Of a stretch of 64,000 nucleotides of DNA, positions 60,871 to 64,000 are shown one piece after another; within the stretch, counting starts at the first letter, position 1; the number at the start of each line of letters is the position of its first letter. The notes beneath the pieces are model-generated. The model was not told the origin of the DNA, did no database searches, and was given only the letters and a program-made list of their open reading frames with translations. The stretch comes from Acidobacteriota bacterium (GTDB lineage: Bacteria; Acidobacteriota; UBA6911). The DNA lies in NCBI GenBank assembly GCA_963664705.1, contig OY761556.1:3424001-3488000 (forward strand), written 5' to 3'. A program made the translations under genes and the position numbers.

Positions 60871-60913
60871 AAATCGGTGACCGGAGTCCATTGGCCGGCC
60901 ACCGATTTCTTAT
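60871..60913 (+). terminator. putative terminator after mqnD
   Basis: AAATCGGTGACCGG, a 10-nt loop, CCGGCCACCGATTT, then CTTAT. Confidence 0.6.
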
Positions 60914-60953
60914 CTGGCATCCCGGATCGGCCCTTTTTGCCCAAGTCCGGCAT

Positions 60954-60982
60954 TTGACGTCTCCCAAACCGGGTATTATATT
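60954..60982 (+). promoter_or_regulatory. sigma70 promoter of the FmdB-like gene
   Basis: TTGACG-N17-TATATT, followed by a GGAGG RBS. Confidence 0.65.
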
Positions 60983-61014
60983 ATCTTTTCAATTTTGTGA
61001 CGGAGGTGTGGCCA

Positions 61015-61302
61015 GTGCCGATTTACGAGTATCAATGCACAACATGCGGCGAGGTCTTCGAGGCATTTCAGAAGATCACGGATGAGCCGTTGACTGCGTG
61101 CAAGTTTTGCCAGGCCAGGGTAGAGAAACTGATCAGTCATTCAAGCTTCCAGCTGAAAGGAAGCGGATGGTATCTCACGGATTATGCCCGGAGATCCTCA
61201 AGCCCGGCAGCAGACAAACCCAAGAGCAGTGAAAGCGCAACCGAAACCAAGAGCGCGCCCGAGACTAAGAGCGCCGAAAAGAGCACCGAAAGCAAAACAT
61301 GA
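61015..61302 (+). CDS. FmdB-family zinc-ribbon protein
   Basis: [10 protein letters not shown]...CKFC and [13 protein letters not shown], then an S/K/E-rich tail; GTG start. Confidence 0.92.
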   Translation: MPIYEYQCTTCGEVFEAFQKITDEPLTACKFCQARVEKLISHSSFQLKGSGWYLTDYARRSSSPAADKPKSSESATETKSAPETKSAEKSTESKT

Positions 61303-61796
61303 TTCCGGAGCACGGAACTATGCAGTTTTCCACCCCTCAGAGAAGCCTGATTTTTCAGGCTATGGATGAAGCGGAGGAACGCACCAGCGGGTACTACTGC
61401 ATTCCACCGTTTCGATGGGAGCAACTGCATTTCGATCTCCTGACCCAGGCCGATCACGGCTGGGAGCCATTACCGGAACCTACACTAGCCCGAGTCCGTT
61501 GCCTGCAGCGAGTCAACCGGAACCGGGCTTTTGATTTTTATAGAATCGAGCTGAACGACCGCAGCATTCTGGAGGCGGCTCATCGGGAAGAACTGACCAC
61601 CAACCTCTACCCGTTTTTTGTTTACATCCTTACCCATGAAATGGTCCACATGGTTCGTCTCAGCAGCATCCTGGATGAACCGGAGACGCGGGCATTCTGC
61701 AACGAAACCGAGGAAAAGCGGGTTCAGCGTATTTCACGAGGTATTCTGGAGGGCTCACTGCATTTCAAGCCGGTCCTGGACAAATTCTGCAGCTAG
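61299..61796 (+). CDS. hypothetical protein with a HEXXH zincin motif
   Basis: [12 protein letters not shown] with a downstream EE; ATGA overlap with the FmdB-like gene. Confidence 0.7.
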   Translation: MIPEHGTMQFSTPQRSLIFQAMDEAEERTSGYYCIPPFRWEQLHFDLLTQADHGWEPLPEPTLARVRCLQRVNRNRAFDFYRIELNDRSILEAAHREELTTNLYPFFVYILTHEMVHMVRLSSILDEPETRAFCNETEEKRVQRISRGILEGSLHFKPVLDKFCS

Positions 61797-61828
61797 ATTT
61801 GCCGAAGCATTACCCCCGGCAATCCTTT

Positions 61829-62959
61829 TTATTCGTCGTCAGATTCGGGATGCATCACAATCGAAGCAATCTCAAGTGTGCGGGAAAGGTCTTCTTCACC
61901 TTCGCAGGTTGAAAACCCCAGATTGACTCCAATTTTGTTCCGCTCCTCGATCCGATCCGCCTGCCATTGATGGAAGGCTTCGCGCAAAACGCGCACGCGA
62001 GCCGGCAGGATCTCGGAAGAGACGCCTGGCATAAACACCAGCAACTCCCTTTCTCCGTTGAACAGCACCGATTCCTTCCCCTCCAATACGCTCTGAAGCC
62101 GCAGGCGGATCTCCCGAACTGCTTCGCGTGGAAGGAGCTGCTTCCGTCCGTAAACATCTTCTGTGCTGAATTCAAGAAGCGCGACGGAGTAAACCTCCGG
62201 AGGATGCTGGGCATCGGCAGGCATCACGGAAGGCGCTGCTGCAGGAATCAGCAGGCTCCCTCCTTTGTGAAGGAATCTCAAGTGGGCAACCAGGCTTCCG
62301 AGTATTTTGAGAACGCGGATGTGGTTTTCATGGAAATAGCTCGGGAGCGAATGGCTGAGCACAAGAAAGCCAACCGGCGTATTGCTCAGGAGAATAGGCA
62401 GGCACAAAACGGACCGGACGACCGCGGGAAAATCCACGGACATGAATCGCTCTTCTTTGTATATGTCCGGTATATTCAGGCATTCCGACCCGGCTTCGGC
62501 AGCCATGAGAGACAGTTCCTGCTCGAACTTCTTGCTTCCCAGCAGGCTTGTTGAGGAATGGATGCGGATAAACTTGCGATCCTCGCGGATCCCCTCAAGG
62601 CAGAGCGTGCCATCGCTGTCTGGAAACAGGAGACTGCAGTAATCGCCATTGAAGTCCTGCAGAGTGCAGTCAACAATCTGTGAGCATATTTCCTGAAAAT
62701 CGGCCTTCTCTTTAATGCTCTCGACAATGCGGTAGAATCCCGAGAGGGAACCTATGTTCTGTTCGAGAAGTTTATTGACTTCGCTGACCGCGTTCCGGTA
62801 GCTGTTGATGATTCGATGATACAGATTCCTCTCATCGGCAAGCGCATCCGCTTCCAAAGGCTCGTCGGCGGAAGCCATTTTCTTGATCTCCGAGAAGTTC
62901 TTCGCATCGTTGATCAGGATGGCCTCTATCTGACTGCGGATTCTTTCCTCTATCTCCAT
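61829..62959 (-). CDS. GAF domain protein with a degenerate GGDEF-like C-terminus
   Basis: GAF motifs IPDIYKEERF, VRSVLCLPI and FHENHIRVL; the C-terminal cyclase-like pattern lacks GGDEF (NGERE instead). Confidence 0.7.
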   Translation of the reverse strand: MEIEERIRSQIEAILINDAKNFSEIKKMASADEPLEADALADERNLYHRIINSYRNAVSEVNKLLEQNIGSLSGFYRIVESIKEKADFQEICSQIVDCTLQDFNGDYCSLLFPDSDGTLCLEGIREDRKFIRIHSSTSLLGSKKFEQELSLMAAEAGSECLNIPDIYKEERFMSVDFPAVVRSVLCLPILLSNTPVGFLVLSHSLPSYFHENHIRVLKILGSLVAHLRFLHKGGSLLIPAAAPSVMPADAQHPPEVYSVALLEFSTEDVYGRKQLLPREAVREIRLRLQSVLEGKESVLFNGERELLVFMPGVSSEILPARVRVLREAFHQWQADRIEERNKIGVNLGFSTCEGEEDLSRTLEIASIVMHPESDDE

Positions 62960-62978
62960 GAAAAGCCTCGTCTCGATG

Positions 62979-63857
62979 CTATGAGGAAATCTTAAAAAAG
63001 CGCTCGATGTTTTCGCGTTCCTGAACGGCAAACTCCGTCAGGTGTTTGTATTCCGATTCCGTCACATCGAGTTTCGATTGAATCTGGGATAGGCCTTCAC
63101 TGAGGCCGTCATCGCCATCATAGCCGATCTTTAATCCCTTTGCCAACAGGTCAGCCAGCGCAACCGCACTGATCATGGGCGTTTCCAGTGCCAACGGATC
63201 ATGGTGTCTGCGGATCACAGTTGCCAATTCGGGAGGAAATCCCCATTGCTTTGCAAGCATCTCGCCAATCATTGCGTGATCGGCTCCATAATTTTCCTGT
63301 TCGTAGATTGAAATTGACGGGTCATTTTCCGATTTCGCAATGGCAAATATTGAGCTGTAATGGCCCGGATAGGTTTTAAAAAGTACAACCTTCCCCAAGT
63401 CATGGAGCAGGCCGCATAAAAATGCAAACTCCCCTTCTTTTGCCCTGCCGCTGCGACGAGTCCATATCTCTTTAACCAGGACAGCGACCGCACAGGAATG
63501 CGTCCACAGACCGCTGATAAAGGCCGCTTCCGATTTGGCACCTTTTGTGAAGGAATCAAAGATATTAATGCCGATGGCCAGGCTCGTCACCAGGTTCATT
63601 CCAAGGAGCGTTATTGCATGGGATATTGTCTTTACCTCAGCCCGGAATGAATAAAACGCGGAATTGGAGAGCCGCAGAATCCGCGCGGAAAGCGCCGGAT
63701 CATGCAGGATCAGCTCTTCGAGTTCCCGGGCAGTCCTGCTGTCATCGTCCAATGCGCGGATGATCCGGATCAGGACAAGCGGAATACTTGGGATCTCAAA
63801 GCTTTTGTTCGCTGAGAACGGTGTGGGTTTAGGAGATGTGCACACAGAAGTATTCAT
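62979..63857 (-). CDS. HDOD domain protein
   Basis: IPSIP, DPALSARILRLSNSAFY, GLLHDLGK, HAMIG..LAKQWGFP and HH. Confidence 0.92.
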   Translation of the reverse strand: MNTSVCTSPKPTPFSANKSFEIPSIPLVLIRIIRALDDDSRTARELEELILHDPALSARILRLSNSAFYSFRAEVKTISHAITLLGMNLVTSLAIGINIFDSFTKGAKSEAAFISGLWTHSCAVAVLVKEIWTRRSGRAKEGEFAFLCGLLHDLGKVVLFKTYPGHYSSIFAIAKSENDPSISIYEQENYGADHAMIGEMLAKQWGFPPELATVIRRHHDPLALETPMISAVALADLLAKGLKIGYDGDDGLSEGLSQIQSKLDVTESEYKHLTEFAVQERENIERFFKISS

Positions 63858-64000
63858 TCGAAATCCTGTCTAGGTACTTTTCGTTCAAATCCGACAGAAT
63901 CTTTAAATATGTTGATCGCAGCATCCCGAAAACCGCTTCAAGGCTGTATCTTCGGCATGCACAGAGACTTAGATGAAACAGAGTCAGGCTTCGGATGCCG

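Overview
Core-genome window (about 55% GC by eye) from a diderm bacterium. The gene content and order resemble Acidobacteriota; this is an inference, not a taxonomic assignment. In order it holds: partial tsaD and mtnA; a cobalamin riboswitch with a btuF-btuC-btuD-btuB operon; a DUF4388-TPR gene; a long co-oriented envelope and housekeeping run (pgsA-like, DUF512 radical-SAM-like, ribH, nusB, lysS, lolC/E, lolD, clpC, bamA, skp, fabZ, lpxA, lpxI, GnnA-like oxidoreductase, TonB-C protein, SpoIID-SPOR-SLH lipoprotein, miaA, gatB); recQ, rnr, selA, a cold-shock gene, purH, HD-GYP, rlmD-like and comEC; a DHOD-like plus acyl-CoA ligase/GNAT pair; tex; PAS-LuxR, a long YvcK fusion and mqnD; FmdB with a HEXXH partner; and HDOD-GAF. 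I saw no transposase, integrase, phage gene, CRISPR array, tRNA or rRNA. The best candidates for undescribed biology are the Cys-rich PAS-LuxR plus 756-aa YvcK fusion, a DnaD-like hypothetical protein, the SLH-containing SpoIID lipoprotein coupled to a TonB-C protein, a Tex with a 120-aa acidic insert, and dispersed heptamer and palindromic intergenic repeats. All protein calls come from motif recognition by eye; no database searches were run.
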